Positions 18,751 through 30,019 are shown, counted from the whole stretch's first letter. The stretch: DNA of 61,442 nucleotides, filler included, from 3 parts of 3 records of this genome joined end to end with filler, not necessarily neighbours in it, one strand, 5' to 3'. Notes: generated by a model not told the origin, from the letters alone. Numbers and translations: made by a program.

Positions 18751-20385
18751 ATGGCGCAGGAGAATACCTCAACCCCTCAGACGAACGGCACATCCCGTTT
18801 CGACGCCGTTATCGTCGGTGCCGGTTTCGCGGGCATGTACATGCTCCACCGGCTGCGCTCGCTCGGTCTCTCCGTGAGACTGTTCGAAGCGGGCGACGGC
18901 GTCGGGGGGACTTGGTACTGGAACCGGTATCCAGGCGCGCGCTGCGATGTCGAAAGCCTCGAATATCAGTATGGCTTTTCTGACGAAATCCAGCGCGACT
19001 GGACCTGGACCGAACGCTACGCCGTCCAGCCGGAAATCCTGCGCTATCAGAATTATGTCGCGGACAAGCTCGATCTGAAGCGGGACATGCAGTTCTCGAC
19101 CCGCGTCACGGCCACCGATTACGACGCAAGGACTGGCGAGTGGAAAGTCGAGACGGACCGTGGCGACAGCGTGCAGGCACGCTTCTGCATCATGGCGACC
19201 GGCTGCCTCTCCGCCGCGCGGGTGCCGGATTTCGCCGGTCTCGAAGATTTCGAGGGCGAGTGGTACCACACCGGCGGCTGGCCGCATGAAGGCGTGGACT
19301 TCACGGGCAAACGGGTCGGCGTCATAGGTACCGGCTCATCCGGCGTTCAAAGCATTCCGATCATCGCCGGGCAGGCCAGCCACCTCACGGTGTTCCAGCG
19401 GACGGCCAATTTCACCCTGCCCGCCGGCAACCGCCCGCTTTCGCCTGACGAGGTCAGCCGCTCGAAGGAGACGCTTCTCGACGACCGGAAGCACGCGCGC
19501 GAGACGCCGGGCGGGCTCATCTGCTTTGAATACAACGAGACCCTTGCCGAGGAAATGACGCCGGAGGCGCGCGAAAAGGAACTTCGCGACCGCTGGACGC
19601 AGGGGGGCTTCGCCTTTCTCGGCGCCTATGGCAATCTCATGGCGACGCAGGAGGCGAACCATATCGCCGCCGAGTTTGCCCGCTCCCAGATGAAATCCGT
19701 CATCGAAGATCCGGCCATCATCGACATCCTGATGCCCGACGACCATCCCGTCGGGGTGAAGCGCCTTTGCCTCGACACGGAGTATCTGGAGACCTTCAAC
19801 CTTCCCCATGTGGATCTCGTCGATGCCCGGGCGGCCCCAATCGAGCGCATAACGAAAGCCGGGATCGTCAGCGGCGGCCGGGAATACGAAGTCGACGCCA
19901 TCGTCTTCGCAACAGGCTTCGATGCGATGACGGGCGCCATCCTCGGTGTCGACATTACCGGCCGCGACGGCTTGAAGCTGAGGGACAAATGGGCGGCGGG
20001 CCCCCGCACCTATCTCGGGCTCGGGTCGGCAGGCTTTCCGAACCTCTTCTTCATCACCGGCCCCGGCAGCCCGTCGGTTCTGAGCAACATGATCGTGTCC
20101 ATCGAGCAGCATGTCGACTGGATCGCCGACTGTCTCTCCCGCCTGACAAGCGGCAATATCGGGTCCATCGAAGCGACGCTCGAAGCAGAGGACGAGTGGG
20201 TCGCCCATGTAAACGAACTCGCCAGCGAGACCCTCTATCCGCAGGCAAATTCCTGGTACATGGGAGCCAATATTCCCGGAAAACCCCGTGTTTTCATGCC
20301 TTATACGGGTGGAGTGGGCCTTTACGGCGAGAAGCTCGAGGAAGTCGCGCAGGGCGATTATGAGGGGTTCAGACTCGGCGCCTGA
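18751..20385 (+). CDS. Type I Baeyer-Villiger monooxygenase (cyclohexanone monooxygenase family)
   Basis: GAGFAG, GGTWYWNRYPGARCD, BVMO fingerprint FEGEWYHTGGWP, second Rossmann motif GTGSSG. Confidence 0.93.
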   Translation: MAQENTSTPQTNGTSRFDAVIVGAGFAGMYMLHRLRSLGLSVRLFEAGDGVGGTWYWNRYPGARCDVESLEYQYGFSDEIQRDWTWTERYAVQPEILRYQNYVADKLDLKRDMQFSTRVTATDYDARTGEWKVETDRGDSVQARFCIMATGCLSAARVPDFAGLEDFEGEWYHTGGWPHEGVDFTGKRVGVIGTGSSGVQSIPIIAGQASHLTVFQRTANFTLPAGNRPLSPDEVSRSKETLLDDRKHARETPGGLICFEYNETLAEEMTPEAREKELRDRWTQGGFAFLGAYGNLMATQEANHIAAEFARSQMKSVIEDPAIIDILMPDDHPVGVKRLCLDTEYLETFNLPHVDLVDARAAPIERITKAGIVSGGREYEVDAIVFATGFDAMTGAILGVDITGRDGLKLRDKWAAGPRTYLGLGSAGFPNLFFITGPGSPSVLSNMIVSIEQHVDWIADCLSRLTSGNIGSIEATLEAEDEWVAHVNELASETLYPQANSWYMGANIPGKPRVFMPYTGGVGLYGEKLEEVAQGDYEGFRLGA

Positions 20386-20683
20386 TGCGCTCCTTCGAGG
20401 CCTCCCGCGCAGTCGCGACGGATGCAGGGCTACGTCGCCATCACTAAAACCGGAGGGCGGGCCGCCAACGGGCAGAGGAGTGCAAGTTTCGATCTCAGTT
20501 TCGTGACAATCGGGTAACAAGAAGCTGGCAATTAACCAGATTTTCACTTTCTGGATGTGGTCCTTTGATTCGCACTCTAAATAGTCGCAGAGTTGTCGGG
20601 GGATGCGGCGAAGATGAACGGCGAGAAGTGTCGCCGAACATTTTGACGCGCCTGAGTCCGGTTGGGGTTGTTGGGGGTGCCTG

Positions 20684-22369
20684 GTGCGACGTATCGCGCT
20701 ATTGGCTGTTCTTGTTGCGCTTGGCGGGTGCAGCAACCAGTTCGCGAGCCCGGAAGGGATTGCGAACCCTGGGAGCGGTACAGCCCTTTCCACTTCGCCG
20801 GTTGCCACAGCGGCAAAAGAAAACAATGACGACGCAACGCTGACGCTGACCGGCGTCAAACTCGACCGCGTGTCCGAGCTTCCGAACCCTTCCCGGGTTT
20901 CGGATGAAGACCTCCTGTCAGTCTCCAAGCCTTTGATTGGAAAGAGGATTTCCATCGAAGGGTTGCGCAATCTGGCAACCGCCATGGAGGACCGGTTTCG
21001 CGAAGCAGGATACCCCTATGCCCGCGTCATCCTGCCCCCCCAGAAAGTTGCAGGTGGTCTTGTCACCTTCACCGTGATCGAGGGATGGATCGATGGCGTG
21101 ACGGTGCTTGGCCCGTCCAGTCCGGAAAAAGTGCAAACCGAAGTCCGGCTCCGTCCCTTGGACAAGACCGGCCCGGTCGAAGTCAGCGAAATCGAGCGGA
21201 CCGTCGCCTTGCTGCAACGTATTCCGGGGCTCAAATCCCATGTCGCCATCGCCCGGGGCGGCAGCGGCCCCGGCGCCATGAAGCTCGTAGCGGACGCCGC
21301 GCGCGAAGCGCCTAACTATCTGCTGAATGTACAGAATTCCGGCTCTCGCAGCCTTGGCCGCGAAGGCGCCACGCTGTTTGCCTCCATTCCGGGCGCGGCG
21401 CCGCTCGGCGACGAATTCCAGTTCGCCGCCTACAACACCTTCGACCTCGACGAGCAGATGAGCCTGCAGGCCATCTACGAACGGGGCCTGACCATGGACG
21501 GGCTCACCGGGCGGCTCGCGGCAACCTATGCGGAGGCGACACCCTCGGGGCCCGTTGCCACGCTCGGTCTCGCCTCCGAAAGCTTCACGGCCGACGCTTC
21601 CCTCTCCTATCCGATCTATCTGCGCCGCAAGACATCGCTCGATGTCACCACCGGCTTTGCCTATGCCGACTTCACCGGCGAACTGTTCAGCGGCACGGTC
21701 CCTTTCAGCGACGACCGGACACGGTCCGCCTATGTGAGCCTCGACGGCAAGACCCGGCTCGGCGAGTGGGAGGTCGCGGGCGGCGTCATGCTGAAGCGGG
21801 GCCTCGATGTGCTGGACACAAGCAAGGCAGGAGATGCCAACCTTGCAAGACCCGAAGCAGAACCCGACACCACGATTTCGATGGGCAATCTACGCGTCGA
21901 GAGCCCCCGAGTGCGCGGCTTTCAGGCAGCGTTGCGTGTCGAAGGGCAGTATGCCGTGCACCCTCTTATGGCGGTCGACGAGTTTTCATTCGGCAACTAC
22001 ACCATCCTGCGCGGGTACGATCCCGGCGCTGCGGCTGGCGACAGCGCAATCGCCGCTGCGTTCGACATCAGCGGCTTCCGCCAGACTTTCTGGAACCAGC
22101 GTATCGGCACCGAACTCACGGGTTTCTACGACGTCGGCAAATACTGGAATCAGGATTCGACCGGCACGGAAGAACGCTCGATTGCCTCCGTGGGCGGCGG
22201 TATCCGCATTACATTGACGGGGTATCTCCGCGCCGATCTCACCTATGCCGTGCCGCTGAATGCACCGCTAGGACAAGGCGGAGGCCGTCCCGACCCCCGG
22301 TTCCTCTTTAGCGTAACGGCCGACACGGCGGCCATCTGGGAGAAGATCGCCAATGTCTGGGCGTCGTGA
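20684..22369 (+). CDS. Two-partner secretion transporter TpsB (ShlB/FhaC/HecB family)
   Basis: POTRA-type GYPYARVILPPQ, loop-6 LRGYD, FYDVG; directly upstream of a haemagglutinin-domain gene; N-terminal lipobox LGGC. Confidence 0.88.
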   Translation: MRRIALLAVLVALGGCSNQFASPEGIANPGSGTALSTSPVATAAKENNDDATLTLTGVKLDRVSELPNPSRVSDEDLLSVSKPLIGKRISIEGLRNLATAMEDRFREAGYPYARVILPPQKVAGGLVTFTVIEGWIDGVTVLGPSSPEKVQTEVRLRPLDKTGPVEVSEIERTVALLQRIPGLKSHVAIARGGSGPGAMKLVADAAREAPNYLLNVQNSGSRSLGREGATLFASIPGAAPLGDEFQFAAYNTFDLDEQMSLQAIYERGLTMDGLTGRLAATYAEATPSGPVATLGLASESFTADASLSYPIYLRRKTSLDVTTGFAYADFTGELFSGTVPFSDDRTRSAYVSLDGKTRLGEWEVAGGVMLKRGLDVLDTSKAGDANLARPEAEPDTTISMGNLRVESPRVRGFQAALRVEGQYAVHPLMAVDEFSFGNYTILRGYDPGAAAGDSAIAAAFDISGFRQTFWNQRIGTELTGFYDVGKYWNQDSTGTEERSIASVGGGIRITLTGYLRADLTYAVPLNAPLGQGGGRPDPRFLFSVTADTAAIWEKIANVWAS

Positions 22370-24520
22370 CATGCGCCGAGCCACGCAGGCCGGGCTTGCC
22401 GTTGCGATATCGGTCGCCTGGGCGGCGGGCCCGCCGCGCCTGTCTGCGGAACCCATCAACCCGGTGATCGTCGGCGATTCCGCCGGATTTGGCGCAGCCG
22501 CCGCGACAATCGGCTCGGTGTCGAACGGCCCCGGGGTGAACGTCACCGTGGACCAGCATGCCGAGCGGGTTTTTATCGACTGGCAGAGCTTCAATATCGA
22601 CGCGAGCGACAACGTCAATTTCCTCCAGGGCGGCAGTCAGTGGATTGCCGTCAACAGGGTGACAGGCGGCCTCGGCCCGACAACGATTGCAGGCATGCTG
22701 ACGGCCGACGGGCATGTCTGGATCATCGATCCGGCCGGCATAGCTTTCAGTTCCAGCGCCGTGGTGGATGTAGGCGGACTGCTCGCCACCGCCTCCAACA
22801 TTGATCCCGGCGATTTCCTCGCTGTCGCCGACATGGAGGACGCGACAGGCTTTACCTTTTCGGCGGGCGGCAACGATACCGCCCAGGTCAGCAATGCGGG
22901 GACGATCAACAGCAGCGGTCTTCTCGCGCTGATCGCGCCCATCGTCGACAATTCGGGAACGCTCGAGTCCGCTTATGGCGACGTTCTGCTGGGCGGGGCC
23001 AATGCCTTCCGGTTGAGCTTCACGCAGGTCGAACGGCCTGCGGATGCCGACCACCCGACCGCCTTCGACGAACTCCTCGTCACCGATTTCATCATCGAAA
23101 CCCCCGTCACCAACGACCCGGTCCCCGGCAACGACACGGTGCCGGTGACCAATACGGGCAACCTGACCGGCGCAAATGTCATCGTTTCAGCGGCCAGCGC
23201 CGGCGGCGGCGCCTTCATCAACATGGACGGGGTAGTCGAGGCGACCAGCATCGGCGAGCGGTCCGGGGACGTCGTCATTCTCGGTGGCGGTGATTTCACA
23301 GGCGGCGCTGCCGATGCCGCCAGCGGCGCCACCGACGCGATCCGGATCGACAATGCCGACATCAGCGCCGCGGGCGGGTTTGTGGCTCAAGGAACAAACG
23401 TCGCCATCGACAAGGGCACAGGGCCCGGCACACTCACGGCTGGAAACATCCGGATTTCTGCCACGAATGGCGATGCGACCTCCGATGTAGCCCTGTCGTC
23501 AAGCACCGGCGGTATCGACATGAGCGCGACCGGACTGGCCTCCGTTGCCGCGCTCGATGCGGCGACGACGGTCGATATCAATGCCGCCGACATCGACCTT
23601 AACGGGACCGTGGCGGGCGGCGGAGCCATTGCCATGGAGGCAACGGCGGGAGATATCTCGGGCACGGATATCGATATCGAAGGTGCAAGCGTCGAGCTGA
23701 CCGGCGCGATCGCGGCGACGGACAGTGCCTCCGTCGTTGCGACGACCGGCGACGCCACTCTCAATGATGATCTCACCTCGACCGGTTCCATCCTTGTCGA
23801 GGCCGCTTCCGGCAAGGCAACCGTTGCTGGGCTCGACGCCGATACCACCATCGACGTCACAGCCGAGGAGATCGACCTCAACGGCGTTGTCGTGGGCGGG
23901 GGAGCCGTCACGTTGGAAGCGACCGCTGGCGATATCTCCGGAACAGATATCGACATTGAGGGGACCAGCGTCGAACTAACAGGCGCCGTCACAGCGACGG
24001 ACAGCGCCTCGATTGTTGCCACGACGGACGATGCGACGCTTAACGGCGATCTGACCTCGACGGGTTCGATCTTCCTGGAAGCGGCATCCGGCAAGGTCAC
24101 GGCTGCCGGGCTCGACGCCGATACCACCATCGACGTTACAGCCGAGGACATCGACCTCAACGGCATTGTCCTAGGCGGCGGAGCCGTCACTTTGGAAGCG
24201 ACCGCTGGCGACATATCGGGCACCGATATCGACATCCAGGGCGCGAGCGTCGAGCTGACAGGTCCGGTCGCTGCAGCGGACAGCGCCTCCATCGTCGCTA
24301 CGACCGGCGATGCCACCCTCCATAATGACCTCACCTCCACCGGCTCCATCCTGATCGAGGCGACCGAAGGTAAGGTCACGACTGCGGGGCTCGACGCCGA
24401 TACGACGATCGATGTCACTGCCGACGACATCGAAGTGAGGGGAGATACGGCGGCGGGCGGCGCCCTCAGCATGATCGCCCAACTGCTCGGCATCGACCTT
24501 CAGGGAACCGTCGAGGCGGC
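22353..24520 (+). CDS. TpsA exoprotein with filamentous haemagglutinin N-terminal (TPS) domain, 3'-truncated at contig end
   Basis: IDWQSFNI...VNFLQ...AVNRVTG...GHVWIIDPAGIAF...VDVGGLLAT secretion domain, followed by beta-helix-like repeats; runs into the linker. Confidence 0.85.
23550..24440 (+). repeat. 279-bp (93-aa) tandem coding repeats in TpsA
   Basis: Unit starts (A/G)LDA(A/D)TT at 23550, 23829, 24108 and 24387: three full copies plus a partial one. Confidence 0.9.
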
Positions 24521-24620
24521 NNNNNNNNNNNNNNNNNNNNNNNNNNNNNNNNNNNNNNNNNNNNTTAATTAATTAANNNNNNNNNNNNNNNNNNNNNNNN
24601 NNNNNNNNNNNNNNNNNNNN
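24521..24620. other. Artificial contig linker
   Basis: 44 N + TTAATTAATTAA (stops in all frames) + 44 N; genes on both sides are truncated. Confidence 0.98.
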
Positions 24621-25629
24621 TCAGCGCGGCCATGTCCATGATCATGCCCAACACCAGCAACATGATGTTGATCATCAGCAGAACGGCAATCTTTTCCTCA
24701 GATATACCCAGCATGAAGCTGCTCAATTTTTCCGGCACCTGATAGAGCGCCAGAAGATATGCAAACGAACTGGCAAAACCGATCAACACCATCACCATGG
24801 CCGTCGTGCGCACTGCGGATACAACGGCAGTTTTGAACCCGTACCAGTCAAGACTGCGGTAGACGAAATAGGTGAGCAAGAGCGCATAGATAGCACCGAA
24901 CGCACCGGATTCAGTGACGGTAAACACACCGGACAGAACACCACCGACGATGATAACCGCAGTGACCAAACCGGGCAGCGCCTGCACGGAAGCGACCCAG
25001 ACCGCATGCCAGCCCGGGAACGGCTCTGCCGGATAGTTGCGTTTGACTGCAATGACATAGGCGGCGATGGCCAGGCACAAGCACATCAAAATACCGGGGA
25101 TAACGCCCGCTAGAAATAGCTTAGAGATCGAAATGCCGCCACCCGCCGCGACTGCGAAAATGATCATGTTGTGGCTGGGTGGGATCACGATGCCCGCAAT
25201 GGAGGACGTCACAGTGACGTTCACCGCATAGTCTGCATGATAGCCGCGTTCTTTCATCACAGGGATCAGGATGGACCCGAGCGCCGAGATGTCGGCCACA
25301 GCGGAGCCGGAAATACCGCCAAACAGCATGCTCGAAAAGATATTCACCGAGGCCAGACCGCCACGCACATGCCCGACAAGGGCAGAGGCAAATTTGACCA
25401 GTCGCATGGCAATGCCGCCGTGCAACATCAGTTCGCCAGCGAAAACGAAGAACGGGATCGCCAGAAGCGAAAAGACGGATATGCCGGAAACCGACCGTTG
25501 GAAGGTGATCAATAGCGGAAAACCCTCATACCAGAAGGCCGTCGCAGCAGCGATGCCCATGGCAAATGCGACGGGTATGCCCAGCACAACCGCAAAGCCG
25601 AAGATGCCAAGAAGAATAGCGAGGCCCAT
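24621..25629 (-). CDS. dctM: TRAP transporter large permease DctM, 3'-truncated
   Basis: LLAIPFF, GISGSAVAD, IPPSHNMII motifs; runs into the linker. Confidence 0.92.
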
Positions 25630-25631
25630 AA

Positions 25632-26162
25632 TTAAAACATACCTTTTTCAATATACACCCTGCCCTGCATCAAACAGGCGATGCGGAATACGGCGCGTAA
25701 TCCAGCGAAAACAAACACAAGCCCACCACACAGTGCGGCAGACAGGGACCGGAAACTTTCGGGAATGTTCAGCATCGGCAGCATCGTGCCCCAACCGAAT
25801 TTGACCAGTTCGACACTAGCCACCAGCATGATCAACCCGAACAGTGACAGCACAATATCAATGACCAGCTTAAGGATGCTGCTGACCCGTGGGCCCGTCA
25901 TATCGCGAAAGATGGTGACGCCAAGATGCGTATTCTCGTGGATCCCGACCGCCGCGCCCAGATAGGTAATGTAGCAGATCAACAAGAGCGCGAGCTGTTC
26001 AACCCATGTCGGTGTTGCGTTCAACACGTAGCGGCCAAAGACCAGCCAACCGAATGTCGCGATAAGGATGACGAGGGCGATGGACGCTGCGAGCATACAC
26101 ACGAAGCTCAGACCATCGAGAGCACGCTCGGTCAGCTTCATCCAGCGGGGCGCATATTCCAC
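25632..26162 (-). CDS. dctQ: TRAP transporter small permease DctQ
   Basis: Four TM segments, VFGRYVLN..PTWVEQ; lies between dctP and dctM. Confidence 0.9.
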   Translation of the reverse strand: MEYAPRWMKLTERALDGLSFVCMLAASIALVILIATFGWLVFGRYVLNATPTWVEQLALLLICYITYLGAAVGIHENTHLGVTIFRDMTGPRVSSILKLVIDIVLSLFGLIMLVASVELVKFGWGTMLPMLNIPESFRSLSAALCGGLVFVFAGLRAVFRIACLMQGRVYIEKGMF

Positions 26163-26188
26163 GAGCGAATTCCTTTGAAAGAGAAGTG

Positions 26189-26215
26189 GTGCGCCCCGTT
26201 TTTCACAGGGCGCAC
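26189..26215 (-). terminator. Stem-loop between dctP and dctQ (attenuator or mRNA stabiliser)
   Basis: GTGCGCCC...GGGCGCAC inverted repeat just after the SBP stop. Confidence 0.5.
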
Positions 26216-26234
26216 ATTATTCCAGCGGCGCTGA

Positions 26235-27230
26235 TTAGTCAGCGTTACGGAACAGATTGACGAGTTCAGTCATGTCTGGATTGGCTGCCAGATACTTCTC
26301 GTAGACTGGTGCCATCGCAGCTTGGAACGCGGCCTTGTCGGCGATCTCGTTCACTTCTACGCCGCCGTCCGTGATGATCTTCATGGATGCAGCTTCACGC
26401 TCGCCCCACAGCTTGCGCTGCAAATCGGTTGAGTGTTTGCCGGCCGCTTTCACGATTTCCTGCTGCTCTGCTGTCAGACCGTCAAAGGTCTTTTTGCTCA
26501 TGCACAGACATTCAGGAATGATCAGGTGCTGAGTCAGAGAGTAGTATTTCGCAACTTCAAAGTGGCTTGTGGATTCGTAGGATGGCGGGTTGTTCTCGGC
26601 ACCGTCAACCACACCGGTTTTGATGGATTGGTACACTTCGGCAAATGCCATCGGCGTTGCGTTGCCGCCCATGGATTCGATCATCCCGACGAACAGATCG
26701 TTGTTCATCACGCGCACTTTCATGCCTTCGACATCCGCAGGCGTGTTGATCGGCTTGATCGAGTTGTAGAACGAACGTGCGCCGGCATCATAATAGCCAA
26801 GAGCAACAATGCCCTTATCTTCCAGTGCGGCCCCAAGTGCTGCACCAGGTGCGCCGTCCATCAATTTGTACATCTGCGGCACGCTTTTGAAGACGAAAGG
26901 CAAAGAGACAACGTTTGTCGCTGGAACGGCCTGACCCATTGGCCCGAGGCTAAAGACACCAAAGTCCATAATACCAAGGCGAAGCTGCTCGATCGCGTCA
27001 GGCTGCGAGCCCAGAACGCCTGCGTGGAAAACCTTGCCTTTGATCTCGCCGCCCGTTTTATCGGTGACTTCCGCCATGAATGCTTCCATGCCGTGCGACA
27101 CTGGATAGTCCTCGACGTGGATGTTCCAGCCGCGCCAGTCTTTGGCTTCGGCGGTCAGTGGCATTGCCGCGAAAGACGCAGCTACGGCGATGGCAAACGC
27201 ACCACGGGTGATAATTTTTTTAATTTTCAT
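26235..27230 (-). CDS. dctP: TRAP transporter substrate-binding protein DctP, probably uronate/sugar-acid binding
   Basis: Signal peptide; GARSFY, GMKVRV, GVVDGAENN motifs. Substrate inferred from context. Confidence 0.9.
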   Translation of the reverse strand: MKIKKIITRGAFAIAVAASFAAMPLTAEAKDWRGWNIHVEDYPVSHGMEAFMAEVTDKTGGEIKGKVFHAGVLGSQPDAIEQLRLGIMDFGVFSLGPMGQAVPATNVVSLPFVFKSVPQMYKLMDGAPGAALGAALEDKGIVALGYYDAGARSFYNSIKPINTPADVEGMKVRVMNNDLFVGMIESMGGNATPMAFAEVYQSIKTGVVDGAENNPPSYESTSHFEVAKYYSLTQHLIIPECLCMSKKTFDGLTAEQQEIVKAAGKHSTDLQRKLWGEREAASMKIITDGGVEVNEIADKAAFQAAMAPVYEKYLAANPDMTELVNLFRNAD

Positions 27231-27613
27231 AATTGTTTCCTCCCAAGGACAAATTATTGCAAAATTGTTCCCATACGTTACAAATATTTACAAGTTATTT
27301 TTTTTGGAGGTTCAATAATGCCGTTCCGGCCATCACCCGTTTATGCCGCGTATTTGACCGTGCACTTTGTGCGGACCGTCAAATTATCTTACAATATTAT
27401 AAGGGCTTAGACCAGTTTTGATGGGCCGCGCTCTTCACTATATCTCTTGGGGATGGGCCTGCTAAATCTATTCAACGCGCCGCGGAAAGCATTAATCGAT
27501 ATTCGCAGAATCACACCCGCAATTAACAACCCGTACACAAAACCACGCTTTGCCTGCTTCAAGAGTTCAGATTATCTGTGCAAAGTAGTGACCACACCTG
27601 AAAGGTACCGGAC

Positions 27614-28150
27614 ATGACAAACGCCACTTCCCACCAAATCACCAAGCTACAGGCTGGCGCAGATTTCCCCATATTTGAGGTCCCGAAAATCGGAGGCGGC
27701 ACCGTAAAGATCGGCGGAGACACGGACGGCTGGACACTGCTTATCGTCTACCGCGGGAAGCATTGCGGGCGGTGCAAAAACTACCTTAACAAGCTAGAGC
27801 GGACCTACTCAAAATGGGAAAAGGCAGGCTTTGCCGTTAAGTGTATCTCGGCTGATCCATTGGAAAAAGTAGAGGACGACATCGCCAAATTCGGTTGGAC
27901 CTTTGATATCGGCTATGATCTGCAAGAACCGCAGATGCGCGCCATGGGGCTATATGTCAGTGATCCCCTGTCCAGTCAGGAAACCGACCGCCGCTTTGCC
28001 GAGCCGGGCATTTTTTGTCTACGCCCCGATGGCACAGCCCAGATCATTGCGATTTCCAACGGTCCGGCCGCCCGCCCCGATCTGGATGAACTGCTGGACG
28101 GGATGATTTTCACGATTGAAAATGACCGTCCGGTCCGTGGCGAGGTCTAA
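27614..28150 (+). CDS. AhpC/TSA-type redoxin (peroxiredoxin-like)
   Basis: YRGKHCGRC CxxC motif and FAEPGIF..RPDG thioredoxin-fold motif. Confidence 0.82.
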   Translation: MTNATSHQITKLQAGADFPIFEVPKIGGGTVKIGGDTDGWTLLIVYRGKHCGRCKNYLNKLERTYSKWEKAGFAVKCISADPLEKVEDDIAKFGWTFDIGYDLQEPQMRAMGLYVSDPLSSQETDRRFAEPGIFCLRPDGTAQIIAISNGPAARPDLDELLDGMIFTIENDRPVRGEV

Positions 28151-28210
28151 CGACCAAAAGACGAAATCCCGACGCGATCAAACCGCGCATTTACCAAGTT
28201 GGAGCTGAAA

Positions 28211-30007
28211 TTGACAAAGATAACCCCCAAAGATCTCCGCTCTCGCCAGTGGTTTGCGAATCCCGAAAATCCGGAAATGACCGCGCTTTATCTTGAGCGT
28301 TATTTGAACTACGGGCTGACGCGTGAGGAACTGCAATTGGGCAAGCCCATCATCGCAATCGCACAGACGGGCAGCGATCTAAGCCCGTGCAACCGCCATC
28401 ATCTGGAACTGACCAAACGCGTGCGTGACGGTATCATTGCGGCGGGCGGGACGCCGATCATCGTACCTGTCCATCCTATTCAGGAAACGGGCAAGCGGCC
28501 TACGGCAATGCTGGACCGTAATCTGGCCTATCTGTCCTTGGTTGAGACGCTGTTTGGCTACCCGCTGGACGGGGTTGTGCTGAACATCGGCTGTGACAAG
28601 ACAACGCCCGCCCTGCTGATGGCAGCCGCTACCGTGGGCATTCCCGCGATTGCGCTTTCTGTCGGGCCTATGTTGAACGGATGGTACGAGGGGAAACGCG
28701 CAGGATCAGGCACAGTGATTTGGAAAGCGCGCGAGCGGTTGGCAGCTGGCGAAATCACCAACGAAGAGTTCATGGAAATCACCGCCGCCTCTGCCCCATC
28801 GGTGGGCTACTGCAATACGATGGGCACCGCCACAACGATGAATTCGCTGGCAGAAGGGTTGGGCATGCAACTGTCAGGTGCGGCCGCGATCCCTGCCCCC
28901 TACCGTGAACGCGGCCAGATCAGTTACGAAACAGGCAAACGTATCGTTGATATGGTCTGGGAAGACTTGCGGCCCGCGCAGATCATGACGCGCGAAGCGT
29001 TCGAGAATGCCATTGTGATCAACTCAGCCATTGGCGGGTCGACCAACGCTCCGATCCATCTGAACGCCATCGCCCGTCACCTTGGCGTACCGTTGGACAA
29101 TGATGACTGGCAAGCCATCGGCCACCACATTCCCCTCATCGTAAACCTGCAACCCGCAGGCGAATATTTGGGCGAGGATTATCATATGGCAGGTGGCGTT
29201 CCCGCTGTCGTGGGAGAGTTGCTTGCCGCTGGTTTACTACCGCACCCCAACGCGATTTGCGCGAACGGACGCAGTATGGCTGAAAATTATGGCGCACAGC
29301 GGTCAAAGAATACGGACGTGATACGGACCATCGATGCGCCCTTGATGGGGAAAGCCGGGTTTATCAATCTCAAGGGGAACCTCTTTGACAGTGCCTTAAT
29401 GAAGACCAGCGTGATCAGCGCGGATTTTCGCGCGCGCTACCTGTCCAACCCCGACGACCCCGACGCATTCGAAGGGCGCGCCGTCGTGTTTGACGGGCCC
29501 GAGGATTACCACAAACGCATTGACAACCCGGCCGAGGAGATTGACGGCAATACCATCCTTGTGATGCGGGGTGTCGGCCCCAAAGGGTATCCAGGCGGCG
29601 CCGAAGTGGTGAACATGCGCCCGCCTGCCTATCTGCTGAAACAGGGGATACAGGCCCTGCCCTGCATCGGTGACGGTCGGCAATCGGGAACATCCGGCTC
29701 CCCCTCTATCCTTAATGCATCCCCCGAGGCGGCAGACGGCGGTGGCCTGGCTTTGTTGGCAACAGGGGATCGCATTCGCGTTGATCTGAACGACTGCTCG
29801 GTAAATCTTGTGCTCGACGCTGATGTGCTGGCCCTGCGCCGTGCTGCATTCGAGGCAAGCGGTGGCTATCCGTCACCGGACAGCCAATCGCCATGGCAGC
29901 AATATTTCCGCGAGATGGTACAGCCATTTGATCAGGGTATGATCCTGCGTGATGCGGATAAGTACCGTAACATTGCCGCGAAAAGCCTGCCGCGCGACAA
30001 CCATTAG
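28211..30007 (+). CDS. IlvD/Edd family sugar-acid dehydratase (XylD-like)
   Basis: [34 protein letters not shown] and [11 protein letters not shown] motifs resemble pentonate dehydratases; TTG start after GGAG. Confidence 0.85.
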   Translation: MTKITPKDLRSRQWFANPENPEMTALYLERYLNYGLTREELQLGKPIIAIAQTGSDLSPCNRHHLELTKRVRDGIIAAGGTPIIVPVHPIQETGKRPTAMLDRNLAYLSLVETLFGYPLDGVVLNIGCDKTTPALLMAAATVGIPAIALSVGPMLNGWYEGKRAGSGTVIWKARERLAAGEITNEEFMEITAASAPSVGYCNTMGTATTMNSLAEGLGMQLSGAAAIPAPYRERGQISYETGKRIVDMVWEDLRPAQIMTREAFENAIVINSAIGGSTNAPIHLNAIARHLGVPLDNDDWQAIGHHIPLIVNLQPAGEYLGEDYHMAGGVPAVVGELLAAGLLPHPNAICANGRSMAENYGAQRSKNTDVIRTIDAPLMGKAGFINLKGNLFDSALMKTSVISADFRARYLSNPDDPDAFEGRAVVFDGPEDYHKRIDNPAEEIDGNTILVMRGVGPKGYPGGAEVVNMRPPAYLLKQGIQALPCIGDGRQSGTSGSPSILNASPEAADGGGLALLATGDRIRVDLNDCSVNLVLDADVLALRRAAFEASGGYPSPDSQSPWQQYFREMVQPFDQGMILRDADKYRNIAAKSLPRDNH

Positions 30008-30019
30008 TGTGGCAGACTG

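Noticed and set aside
19336-20985. 549-aa minus-strand ORF (likewise 15637-16911, 13370-14596, 23387-24493)
   Set aside because: Antisense to well-supported genes; explained by codon bias.
24565-24576. TTAATTAATTAA palindrome (also 55411-55422)
   Set aside because: Synthetic all-frame stop spacer inside N runs; not biological.
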